From assembly GCF_011386835.1 (NCBI RefSeq), contig NC_088795.1, forward strand, positions 137,392,001 to 137,456,000: a stretch of 64,000 nt of DNA, written 5' to 3'. The position numbers were made by a program, and so were the translations under genes. The stretch comes from Chrysemys picta bellii (taxonomy: Eukaryota). The stretch's first letter is position 1. Every line of letters begins with the position of its first letter. Below are positions 12,295-22,956 of the stretch, one piece after another. The notes beneath the pieces are model-generated. The model did no database searches. It saw only the letters and a list, made by a program, of their open reading frames with translations, and was not told where the DNA came from.

Positions 12295-12502
12295 TCCAAT
12301 AATCATAGTTTAATTTGCTAAAATATTTCACTTGAAACTTGAAAAAATATTAGTTTTGTCTGATGTACATATTGAATACTAAATTATTCCTTTTTTGAGC
12401 TAACCTCTCATTTAAAATAAATATTGCTAAAGATTGCTGTGTGGCATTGTCCTTGTGATTCACTTTTTGCCGCCTTATTGTCTTAAACTGCTAATAGAAT
12501 TT

Positions 12503-12645
12503 CTGGATTCTAATCACAGCTCTGTCATTTGACTTGCTGTGTGACCTGGGGCAAGTCGCTTTAACAACCTTTTTGTGTCTCCCGTTTATCTCTCCGTAAA
12601 GTGGACCTAGTACCTAATGAGACTTAATGTTTGCAAAGCACTTTG
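12503..12645 (+). mobile_element. MIR/CORE-type SINE fragment
   Basis: CORE-like TGCTGTGTGACCTGGGGCAAGTCGCTTTAAC; tail TTTGCAAAGCACTTTG. Confidence 0.6.
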
Positions 12646-12779
12646 CACTGCTATAGCTTTTTTCATCAGAGGACTAGCCTTTCATCAGAGGACTAGTCTA
12701 GCCTTTATTTTGTTATAGCTTTCAAATGCTGATATATTCTGAATGAGGACAGTAAGCATTTGTGTTTTCTCCTCTACAG

Positions 12780-12858
12780 TTGTTTCCTGTCTTTGCTCCT
12801 GGTGGCTGCCGTAGTTTGGAAGATTAAACAAAGTTGCTGGGCATCACGACGAAGAGAG
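12780..12858 (+). CDS. ATRN: Attractin internal exon (79 bp): C-terminal half of TM helix and stop-transfer
   Basis: Pyrimidine-rich acceptor TTTTCTCCTCTACAG ends at 12779. Reads (S)CFLSLLLVAAVVWKIKQSCWASRRRE, matching recalled attractin (QSCW; ATRNL1 has QTCW). Phase 2 in, phase 0 out at GAG|GCAGGT. Confidence 0.96.
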
Positions 12859-13889
12859 GCAGGTCAAATGACAGTACTGAATGTTCTCTAAATGACTTTT
12901 TGCTACTTTTGTGTATCTCTTACATGTACTTAGTCAGACACATCCAGTATTTACCTTGAGTTAAGCTTATAGACTTCTCTTTGCAGAGGTATATAATAAA
13001 ATACATTGGTTAGCGTTTTGATGGAAAGCTATCCTATGTTGCTATCCTGGTTCTGCAGTTTAAGTCATGCACTAAGTGTGGCAGGGGAACATCTTGTGTT
13101 CCAGAAACTCAGACTCCAGAGTTTGTACGTGTAAGAACAGTATATAGTAGGAATGTTTTGGTTTTTTTTTCAATCAGTTCAGAAATTTGAAAATCAGAAA
13201 CTTGCTATTATAGCCCATCTCCTTTGCTGGAGTGTTAAACTACAATTAGCTCCTGCCTCTAACTGCCTCTGTAGCAGAATGGCTCTAACTCTCACTTTAA
13301 AGTTATAGGGCCACGTCAGTGGCTTGTGGGAAAATATTGTAATTCTAAGGGTGGGGGGGAAATAGCTGAGGGTTAAGGGTACACTTTTGAAAAAGGCACC
13401 CAGGCTACCATAACATTGCTCTTCCTCCCACTTTATGGAGATCCCAGCCAGGCTCCCATCTTCCCTTTCTTGCACGCAGAACATGAAATGTATATCACAG
13501 CACACTGGAAATGTACTTTTCATGCACGTATGTCTCTGATAAACGTGTGGTGATTTTTCACCATGCTAACTTTTGCTGTTTTCAGTAAAGTGCTCTAATT
13601 TTGCAATCTGGGTTGCACATGTAAATATGCTACCTTTGTCTACTAAAACTTGGCAAATTGTCTGCCATGTAGAATCATAAGACCCAGTCCTGTGAGCTAC
13701 TCCTTCGATCAGTCAGATCTCTTTACTTCTAATTTTAAAAGTGCAATTATATAGTTATTTCCTCTCAACGGTATGTTATTCCAAAAGTATAATACTAGGA
13801 AAACAAACCATAGATATGTCAATGTGGGATGCTGCATGCCATATCATGTCTTATTGCTTATATGATGGAGTGCTGCTATAATCGGAAAG

Positions 13890-14370
13890 GATGGGTCTCC
13901 ACATAAAATACAGGACTTGGAGCAGGTTAGTCCGGGTTGCATTCCAAACTACTATACAAACTTCCTATGTGGCCATGTGCAGCCTCTCTGTGCTTCTGTT
14001 TCCTTGTCTTTAAATAAGAATAGTCATACTTATCTTTTGCAGGGGAGTTACGGCTAAATGCATAAATATCTATAAAGCACTTTATGGGAGGTGCTATAGG
14101 AGTGCAAAGTATACTTTTGTTTGGGTGAAGCAGTGGGCTAAATGTGTAATAGGGAAGAAAGAGGGTAGTATGGTGTTAAGGAATGAGCACAAAATCGTTA
14201 GAGGTTCTGAGTTCTAATCTTGTCTCTGCTGTTTGGCCTTGGTCAGTCATTTAATTTATCTGCTTAAGTTTCCAGCTGCAATGTGGGGATAATGTGTAGT
14301 TACCTCACGGGTGTTCCGAGGATTAATTTTTACAGTGCTTTGAAGATTTAAAGTTCTGGATAAGTGCTTA
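13890..14370 (+). mobile_element. Two adjacent MIR/CORE-type SINE fragments (~13890-14110 and ~14162-14370)
   Basis: CORE-like motifs (CTCTGTGCTTCTGTTTCC; TTGGTCAGTCATTTAA ... TACCTCACGGGTGTT ... GGATTAA ... GTGCTTTGAAGAT). Heavily decayed. Confidence 0.55.
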
Positions 14371-16490
14371 TTTTCCTGCATATCTTCAAGGATCCACATT
14401 TAGTTTTATTTCACTGTAAAGTATGTAAATAAAGTAGCTTTGCTAGATTTGAGAATGCCCATTCTGATTATTTGATTCAACAGCCTGCTTCATGATGATT
14501 TTTTCCACCTTCCTCTTCTGTCAAACATAAGATGCTGTTTCTATTACTAGATATTTAACATTAATGATAATGTCACTTAATATTTTCAAACAAATTAACA
14601 CTATACATTAATATAATCTAAATCATTGAAACTTTACCTGCTCTCCGAAGGTAGCTAAATTTAGCACAGATCATCTTTTTTTTCCCCCTCCACCCTTCAA
14701 CTTCTTGGCAAGAAAGAAAGCTAAAGTTCAATAGAAAATTTCCTGTTGACTTCTTGAATAAAATGTTAATCAGGGTTTATAGTGAATGTAGGCTGAGAAA
14801 TTATACCACGTTCCACCTGGAGCGGAGACATTTAATGAGAGCTTAAATGGAAAATGTCACTGGTGTAAAGTTATCCTTTGGTGGTGGGGACATTAAGTCA
14901 CAAATGGAAGTGAAGGGGTATCTTAGCATTACACTAAGTTTATTATACTCTGTTTACAAATGTGATTACGGTTGATGGACAGCTTGTCAGCATTTTCTTT
15001 TTCTGAAAGATCCCTCTCTTCTCTCTTTATTTGACTGTTTCACTTCCCTGTATTCAGTAAAACCATAATATAGTCAAGTTATCATTTCCATACTCTTAAT
15101 ATTGATAATGTACTCTTGGATCCTCAGGGGAAAGATGCTCTACTAGTTCAAAGAGTGGTTTTTATTGTATACAGTAAATACAATTGTATTGTGTACAGTA
15201 CACTATGAGAAAAATGCAGTGCACTGTAGTTCATTGAAACAAATAGGGAATTTAATTCCTTATTATTGTGACCGGCAACAGCAGCTTAGCCAGCACTCTG
15301 GTCACTGCAATTCTAATTACTTTAGAGCAGGCCTAATTACTTTAGAGCTATGTCTAATTGATGGGCTGAGTGAATGAAGAGGCTAGCTAGGCCCTTAGAA
15401 AGATGATACAAAAGGCAGAGGAAGGAAGGGAGAAAGCAGGAAAAGAGAGGGGGAGAGAGATTGCTCTTCCCTGCTTTCTTCAGGCGCTTTGGGCTCCCCA
15501 GGACTGTAGGCTTAAGGCTACATAGTGTACAGGGTGGTGGAAATGAATATTGTAAACAAACTGCCTGAGATGTTTTACCAGCAAAACTGTCTCTGAGCTG
15601 TTTGCAGATTTAAGCAGAGGTGGGAGTGAGCAGGCCCTGCTGCAATTATATACAGAGTTGTTCCATTGAATCAGAATTCACTATAAATGGGCTTCATTAT
15701 AAAACATCATCCGTCTCAGTCCTTGTTGTGGCCTATATGTCTGTGCCATTGACTTTTCCTTTTTTTAAACAAATAGTTGTAAAACTTAGGGAAATTCATT
15801 TAAACCCAGCCTGTGGTACAACTTTCAAGCTTCCCTCGTGAAGTCACTTATCAGATGTTCCATAGTAAGAGGCAGATGTCTTCAGACTGAAATTAGAACT
15901 TAGATAGCATTCCACCCTGTGATTCTGTTTCCTTTGTTGTATAGAGTTTGTTTTTAAGTTTTAGACTTTGGGATAGCACCCCAAGAACCTTTTTTTTGTT
16001 GGTTCCTGAGAAACGGTCATATCAGAGCTACCTTTAAAAACGAACCATTAAAATAAAAAAGTAATTAATATCAATTCAGTATCTCTAGGTCTTTGAATGT
16101 ACAATTTCTAATGGGTTTTCACTCAGAGTGCTGGAGGGTAGTCCGCCATCTGGTTTTAAATGTTTCTATTTTGTCTCTAGATATGGTAGTTCTTCTGGTT
16201 TCTTGGGAGTAGAACCATTTCTATGAAAACTTTACCCAATTGTTGGGTCACAGAGCATGAATACTTTGAGGTGATAGGACCAGACACTGGCCACTACTAT
16301 AAACACACCTCCCACCCCCACCCCCCCATAGCCACTGCAGAGCACCATCATTCTCTGATACGCATCAGATGAAGTGGGAAAGAAGGAATCTGGAGCAATG
16401 GTGTCATGAAACTGTCAGATTCAGTTAGAATTTTAACAGAAATATACTATGCTACTGCCATAGTAGAGAAAAGACCTTTCTTTTACGCAG

Positions 16491-16677
16491 CACCATGCTC
16501 TGGGTGTCCCTAAACCTTCAATTGCCAGAAGTTGGGGCTGGATGATGAGGATGGATCATTCAAAATTTCCATTTTTTTCACCCCCTCTGAAGCATCTGGC
16601 ACTGGCCACTGTCAGAAGACAGGATGCTGAGCTAGATGGACCATTGGTCTGACCCGGTATGACCGTTGTTATGTTCT
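16491..16677 (+). mobile_element. CR1 3' UTR fragment
   Basis: GGTGTCCCTAAACC ... GCTAGATGGACCATTGGTCTGACCCGGTATGACCGTTGTTATGTTCT tail. Confidence 0.8.
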
Positions 16678-18664
16678 GATTCCATTGCAGCAGCTAAATT
16701 CCATCTTGCAGTGTTTTTCCAAAAGCAGATCACTTTCAGTCCCAGCTGCCTCACAGCTGAATGACTACTTGCAGAGGATTACCTTCATACAGTCTTTAAC
16801 AACACCACTGAATTCAAGACAGAAAACACACTTCAGTATTTGGCACATCACTGGGGCAGGACACTCTAAAATGCACTGAAAGCTAAGTCACCATCTATGA
16901 TTCAGTTCCATGCCTATTGTATCTGGTGAAATGTGCCCAGGAGTATCTAGAGTAGGACTTCTTCTGACAAATTGTCAATACCATTTTTGTAAAGGAAAAC
17001 CTGCCATAGTCTGGCCAATTCAATAAACCATCTTTGGCCCCATCAGACCTTGCAGTCTATGATCCAATGTAAAATCTCCCATTTTTAGGCAAGATAATCC
17101 TAGCTGCTTCCTAATACTGCCAGTATTTTAGTCCCTTTTCCATCGGAGTTCTGGCCAGGTCATGGGACAGACAGTGCTGATGGATGGCCACCTCCTGCCC
17201 CTAGATAAGGGAAGGACATCCATATTCGTCCTCTGGGATCTATATGCAGTATTTCATTCTGAGACCATGGCATGTTACTGTCTCCTCTGAGATGCAGCAC
17301 TGGTTGGCAGGTGAGTTCTGAAATGGGGCCCAGTCTTTATTTTCAGGATGCTTATAGATGCTTACAGAAACTGGATAGCTACTTCTCTGCCTCCGGAGCA
17401 CTCACCTGTGGAGTCACACAAGGATGCTTTTCCCCATTCTTTTTAATGTGCACATGAACATGTTGTATGAAATTCTAAGATGCTCTGGTCTCATTACCAG
17501 CATGATGCAGATGATACCTGGCTGTATATCATTTTTACTTCCAGTGCAAATATCGCCTAGACCCAACTAATATCTGCCTGGTCAAGGTACACATTTGGAT
17601 GAAAAGCATATGGCAGAAGCTGAACCCCAGGGAGGGGGAGTGGAGGAGGAAGCACTTTGAAGACATAGCAATTACCTAAAACAAATCAGATGCTGCATGC
17701 TGAAAACTTGATTATTTAAGAGAAAATAAATGGCTTGAAACCTTTGTAGAGAAGTAATGCCATGGTACCTAACCTCCAGGCAGCTAGGAGGGACAGCGCA
17801 GATTTATAGCAAAAACATTTACTGCAGGTTGTAACCAAACACTTTCACATCACCTTCTGAGATATTTGAAGATATAGGAAAAAACTAGAAAGAATTAAAA
17901 ATACACAAGGACAGTCTGTCTGTAATCCTACAGTGACTTGCATCAGCTTCATGAAGCCAAGAGGTGTCTTTGGGATGTGAAAATAGTGTGGGGAAAAAAA
18001 AATTTCCTAGCAAAATAAAGGAGTTTTAGCATTTGTCAAGAACGCAGTTCTGGCATGATATGAAACGTGTTTTGGAGTAAAAACTAGGACTCTGCATGCA
18101 GTTACATATCTTTTGTGTTATATAGGGCTAGAAAAGAGAAGATAGAGGGTTGTAAAGTGTGCACTTGTTTTCTCTCCGGTGAACATCATAACTAAATATT
18201 TTTAGACACTTTAAAGAGGGAAATGGATACAGGTTGCTTTTAGGAGGCTTAGAATGAAATGAAACATGGTAGGTTATTAGGTATGTGAAATCATTTGTCC
18301 TTTTATCACATGCCTTTTGGAAAGTGACATGTTAAGATGTATCAAGGTGGTGATAGAGAATAATGCACAAAATATGATAGTGGCATTATAAGTTAATACA
18401 TCCATCTATAACTGCTGTCTTAAATTCCAGGCCTCAGATTCCATTCCTTATCTTCTTCAGTCTGGCTTCTGCATTCTCCCAACCCCCACTTCCCCAGCGC
18501 ACGCACTCTCTCCCCACTGTGAAACAGCTCTTGCCAGGGTCTCCAGTGACCTAATTCCCTGCTAAATTTCAGGGCCAGTACTTCATTTACATCCTTTTTG
18601 ACCCCTCCGGGTGTCCGTGACACAACCAAACAACACTATTATTGAAATTAACAAATTTATTTGA

Positions 18665-18704
18665 GCATAAGCTTTCGTGGGCTACAGCCCACTTCATCAG
18701 ATGC
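18665..18704 (-). ncRNA. Minimal hammerhead ribozyme motif (Penelope type), apparently intact
   Basis: Minus strand GCAU CUGAUGA A GUGGGCU GU AGCCCAC GAA AGCU U AUGC: 4-bp stem I, catalytic core, 7-bp stem II, palindromic AGCU helix III. Confidence 0.75.
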
Positions 18705-18808
18705 ATAGAAGGGAACATATAGTAAGAAGATAGATATATCTATCTCCTCCACCTTTTCATGTTCTTTGTATGTATATATATCTCTTCTTACTATATGTTC
18801 CATTTTAT

Positions 18809-18848
18809 GTATCTGATGAAGTGGGCTGTAGCCCATGAAAGCTTATGC
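18809..18848 (+). ncRNA. Hammerhead motif, sense copy with two C-to-T changes
   Basis: GTATCTGATGAAGTGGGCTGTAGCCCATGAAAGCTTATGC: GCAT became GTAT (stem I) and CAC became CAT (stem II closing pair). Confidence 0.6.
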
Positions 18849-19349
18849 TCAAATAAATTTGTTAGTCTCTAAGGTACTCCTATTCTTTTTGTGGATACAG
18901 ACTAAAACAGCTGCTACTCTGAAACCTGTCATTATTGAAATTGTCATCCTTGGGCTTTCGTGATTCCATCCTCTCCTGGTTCTCCCTCCAGTCTTTCAAA
19001 TCTCTTCTTCAAGAGCCATGTACAGTGCAGGGTCCTCTTCTCCTGTTCCTCTCTTGATGCAGTCCCTCAGGGCTTTATCCTTGGCCCCTTCCTCTTCTCC
19101 ATCTACTTCCATCTCTGGGTGATCTTATCCACAAACATGATCTTGACAACTAGCCATGACTTGCACATCTGCCTCTGTACTCTGGACCTGTCTTCCTCCA
19201 TCCAAATTAAAATCTTGCCCTCTCTTTGCCATATCTCCTTGTGAATGTTCAGCCATCAAATGAGCCTGATTGTGGCCAAAACCTCCCTATTTTGATCACT
19301 AACAATCTGTACAATTTTTTCCAAGTTACTTAGGTGCTTCTGAAAATTT

Positions 19350-20135
19350 TACCCAATGCCATCAACTCTCCCTGAACCTGCTTCGATACAGAAATAAAAC
19401 CTCTTCTGACCGCACACCCTTAGTTGTCACCTACCACCTCACACTGGAAACCATAAGGCACATCATTAAACTACAACCCATACTCAATGGGGACCCCATC
19501 CTGAAAGAAATCTTTCCTGAACATCCTCTTCTGCCCTTCAGACAACCTCCCAACCTCTCCAAGCTCCTCATCAGAAGCAAGTTTCCCACAGACCAGAACA
19601 CACCAACTCAAAGCAGCACCAGACCCTGTCAGAACAAACAAAAACTCTGTACCTCTGGGTGACCACTTTTCACAAAGCGATCACTCTGTATCTGACATAT
19701 CAGTCCTCATCCTTAAAGGAAACCTGCACAACGCATTCAAAAGATGAGCCTGGGAGCTTAAATTCATCTCTTTGCTAGACACTAAAAATCATGGACTGAA
19801 TAGACACACTGGATTTATGACTTATTACAACAATCTATAACCCACTAGCAACCCCCTCAGCTGCTTCCCTCCCAGCCTCCCTATGACTGGAGGAGTATTA
19901 ATGGGCCACTTAGCCTTGAATGGTCCCTTGAAATGTATTAATTACTTATGCCAAACAGCCTGTTCCATCTTGTATTTAGCTGTGATGCCCTGAGTAAATT
20001 TCCTGCACCTGAAGACGAGTTCTGTGTAAAATCTTGTCTGTCTCACCAGCAGAAGTTGTTCCAGTAAAAGATATTCTCTCACCTACCTTGTCTCTCTAAT
20101 AGCCTGGGACCGACACAGCTACAACAATACTGCAT
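19350..20135 (+). mobile_element. Penelope-like element, 3' ORF region and terminal repeat, internally deleted
   Basis: Reads as PLE C-terminus (RTPLVVTYH ... FRQPPNL ... HFSQSDHS ... WELKFISLLDTKNHGLN) to TAA at 19838-19840. The GIY-YIG core appears deleted near 19640; degenerate hammerhead at ~20010-20040. Confidence 0.8.
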
Positions 20136-20422
20136 ACATCAATTATCCTTATTGCTCAGGTCCATAATCTTGGCTGCATCTTCAACTCAGCCCCCCCTTT
20201 TGACATATGCACCAAGCCATGTCTAATTCTTGCCCCTTCTTCCTGCCCAGTATCTCCCAAGACCTGACCATTTCTTTCTGCCCACACTGCCAAAACTTGT
20301 CCAAGCCCTGATCATCTCGAGCTTGACTGCCACCATTTTCCTCCTCCTTCTCTGACCTTGATGCTTCCTCATATCCATTCAATATGTGGCTGCTAAAGTC
20401 ATCTTCATTGCTCTTACTACAT

Positions 20423-20732
20423 TGGGGTCGGCAACGTTTCAGAAGTGGTGTGCCAAGTCTTCATTTATTCATTCTAATTTGGTTTTGCGTGCCAGTAATA
20501 CATTTTAATGTTTGTAGAAGGTCTCTTTCTATGTCTATAATATATAACTAAACTATTGTTGTATGTAAAGTAAATAAGGTTTTTAAAATGTTTAAGAAGC
20601 TTCATTTAAAATTAAATTAAAATGTAGAGCCCCACCCCCGGACTGGTGGCCAGGACCCAGGCAGTGTGAGTGCTACTGAAAATCAGCTCGCGTGCTGCCT
20701 TTGGCACGCAAGCCATAGATTGCCTACCCCTG
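20423..20732. mobile_element. Non-autonomous hAT element (MITE)
   Basis: Ends GGGGTCGGCAAC / ATTGCCTACCCCTG; 8-bp TSD TACTACAT / TCCTACAT (7 of 8 match). Confidence 0.8.
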
Positions 20733-21266
20733 TCCTACATCATGCGAAGTCCCTCTACTGGGTTCTCCTCTACCACTGCAATGAATACAAACCTCGTGTC
20801 TTTACTTTCAAAGTCCTCCACAATTGACTCCTCACCATACCGATCAGACCTGTCATCTTTTCAGAAGGCCAGCTTCTGCCTTCTGGGCTTATTTGAACAA
20901 AATATGTTTTAAAATTGTGTCAAATGCAAGGTCATGCATCCAGGAAAATGGAATGTAGGTTACATAAGATGTGGGAGTTTATCCTGGAAGTCAGTGGCTC
21001 TGAAAGGGATGGGGGTCATGGTGAATAACCAACTATGCAAGCATTCCCCGCGCAGGGAGGTGGCTAAGAACAAATGAGGTCCTTGGATGTATAAGCAGAG
21101 GACTATAGAGGAAAAGTAGGGAGGTGGGATTACCACTGAATACAGCATTTGTGAGACTGTCACTGAAGCATTGTGTGCACTTGGAGTGTCCACACTTTAA
21201 AAAGGATGTTGATAAATTGGCATGGATTCAGGAAAGTGCTACAAGAATGACTTATCTGGAAAACCT

Positions 21267-22956
21267 CCACTCACTGTGCAGCGGCAGTCAAAAAAGCGAA
21301 CAGAATGTTGGGAATCATTACGAAAGGGATAAATAGTAAGACCGAAAATATTTTGTCTCTGTATAAATCCATGGTACACCCACATCTTGAATACTGCATA
21401 CAGATGTGATCACCCCATCTCAAAAAAGATGCATTGGAATTAGAAAAAGGTACAGAAGAGGGTAACAAAAATAATTAGGGGTATGGAATAGCTTATATAT
21501 AAGGAGAGATTAATAAGACTGGGACTTCTCAGCTTGGAAAAGAGAAGACTTAGAGAGGAAATATGAGAGAGGTCTATAAAATCATGACTGGTGTGGAGAA
21601 AGTAAGGAAATGTTATTAACTGTTTCTCATAACACAAGAATAGGGTCACCAAATAAAATTAATAGGCAGCAGGTTTAAAACAAACAAAAGAAAGTATTTC
21701 TTCACACAATCATAGAATATCAGAGTTGGAAGGGACCTCAAGAGGTCATCTAGTCCAACCCCCTGCTCAAAGCAGGACCAATTCCCAGCTAAATCATCCC
21801 AGCCAGGGCTTTGTCAAGCCGGGCCTTAAAAACCTCCAAGGAAGGAGACTCCACCACCTCCCTAGGTAACGCATTCCAGTGTTTCACCACCCTCCTAGTG
21901 AAATAGTTTTTCCTGATATCCAACCTGGACCTCCCCCACCGCAACTTGAGACCATTGCTCCTTGTTCTGTCATCTGCCACCACTGAGAACAGCCGAGCTC
22001 CATCCTCTTTGGAACCCCCCTTCAGGTAGTTGAAGGCTGCTATCAAATCCCCCCTCATTCTTCTCTTCTGGAGACTAAACAATCCCAGTTCTCTCAGCCT
22101 CTCCTCATAAGTCATGTGCTCCAGACCCCTAATCATTTTTGTTGCCCTCCGCTGGACTCTTTCCAATTTTTCCACATCCTTCTTGTAGTGTGGGGACCAA
22201 AACTGGACACAGTATTCCAGATGAGGCCTCACCAATGTCGAATAAAGGGGAACGATCACGTTCCTCGATCTGCTGGCAATGCCCCTACTTATACAGCCCA
22301 AAATGCCGTTAGCCTTCTTGGCAACAAGAGCACACTGTTGACTCATATCCAGCTTCTCGTCCACTGTGACCCCTAGGTCCTTTTCAGCAGAACTGCTACC
22401 TAGCCATTCGGTCCCTAGTCTGTAGCAGTGCATGGGATTCTTCCGTCCTAAGTGCAGGACTCTGCACTTGTCCTTGTTGAACCTCATCAGGTTTTTTTAT
22501 GCCCAATCCTCTAATTTGTCTAGGTCCCTCTGTATCCGATCCCTACCCTCTAGTGTATCTACCACGCCTCCTAGTTTAGTGTCATCTGCAAACTTGCTGA
22601 GAGTGCAGTCCACACCATCCTCCAGATCATTAATAAAGATATTAAAGACAATGAACAGTTGACGTGTGGAACTCTTTGCGAGAGGCTGTTGTAAGGCCAA
22701 GACTATAACAGGGTTCACAAAAAGACTTAGATAAGTTCATGTAGGATGGATCCATCAATGGCTATCAGCCAGGATTGGCAGGGATGGTGTCCCTAGCCTC
22801 GGTTTGCCAGAAGCTGGGAATGGGGAACGAGATAGATCACTTGATGATTATCTGTTTTGTTCATTCCCTCTGAAGCACTTGGATTGGCCACTGTCGGAAG
22901 ACAGGATATTAGGCTAGATGGACCTTTGGTCTGACCCAGTATAGCCGTTCTTATGT
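21267..22956 (+). mobile_element. Middle-aged CR1 (21267-21708 and 22646-22956)
   Basis: ORF2 C-terminus (RPHLEYC-like; track ORFs here are antisense noise) and a 3' tail CCGTTCTTATGT; flanked by TSD AAAACCT. Confidence 0.88.
21709..22645 (-). mobile_element. Young CR1, antisense, one in-frame stop in ORF2
   Basis: ORFs 22497-22718 (FADD motif) and 21789-22487 are in the same frame, separated by one TAA at 22497-22499; TTCTATGA tail at 21709. Confidence 0.95.

Larger units (their letters stand above)
18650..18930 (+). mobile_element. Penelope-like insertion with ~90-bp inverted arms
   Basis: 12-bp TSD ATTATTGAAATT (18638-18649, 18931-18942); inverted arms ~18649-18740 and ~18775-18864; 3' end GATACAGACTAAAACAGCTGCTACTCTGAAACC. 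Confidence 0.88.
18410..20860 (+). mobile_element. Old L2 LINE in four pieces (18410-18649, 18931-19300, 20140-20422, 20733-20860)
   Basis: L2 RT-like motifs (GTCCCTCAGGGCTTTATCCTTGGCCCCTTCCTCTTC ~ VPQGSILGPLLF; ATCATCTCGAGCTTGACT ~ IISRLD) resume after each insertion. Confidence 0.75.

Noticed and set aside
1-12779. Preceding ATRN exon (IAFSQHSN...FF) or a TE-derived soluble-attractin exon like the human LINE-1 exon
   Set aside because: I could not find the exon, so it is presumably upstream of the window. The human soluble exon is recalled to lie one intron further 5', and no supported terminal exon was seen here.
21789-22487. Active reverse transcriptase gene
   Set aside because: 5'-truncated CR1 lacking the endonuclease and most of RT, with an upstream in-frame stop.
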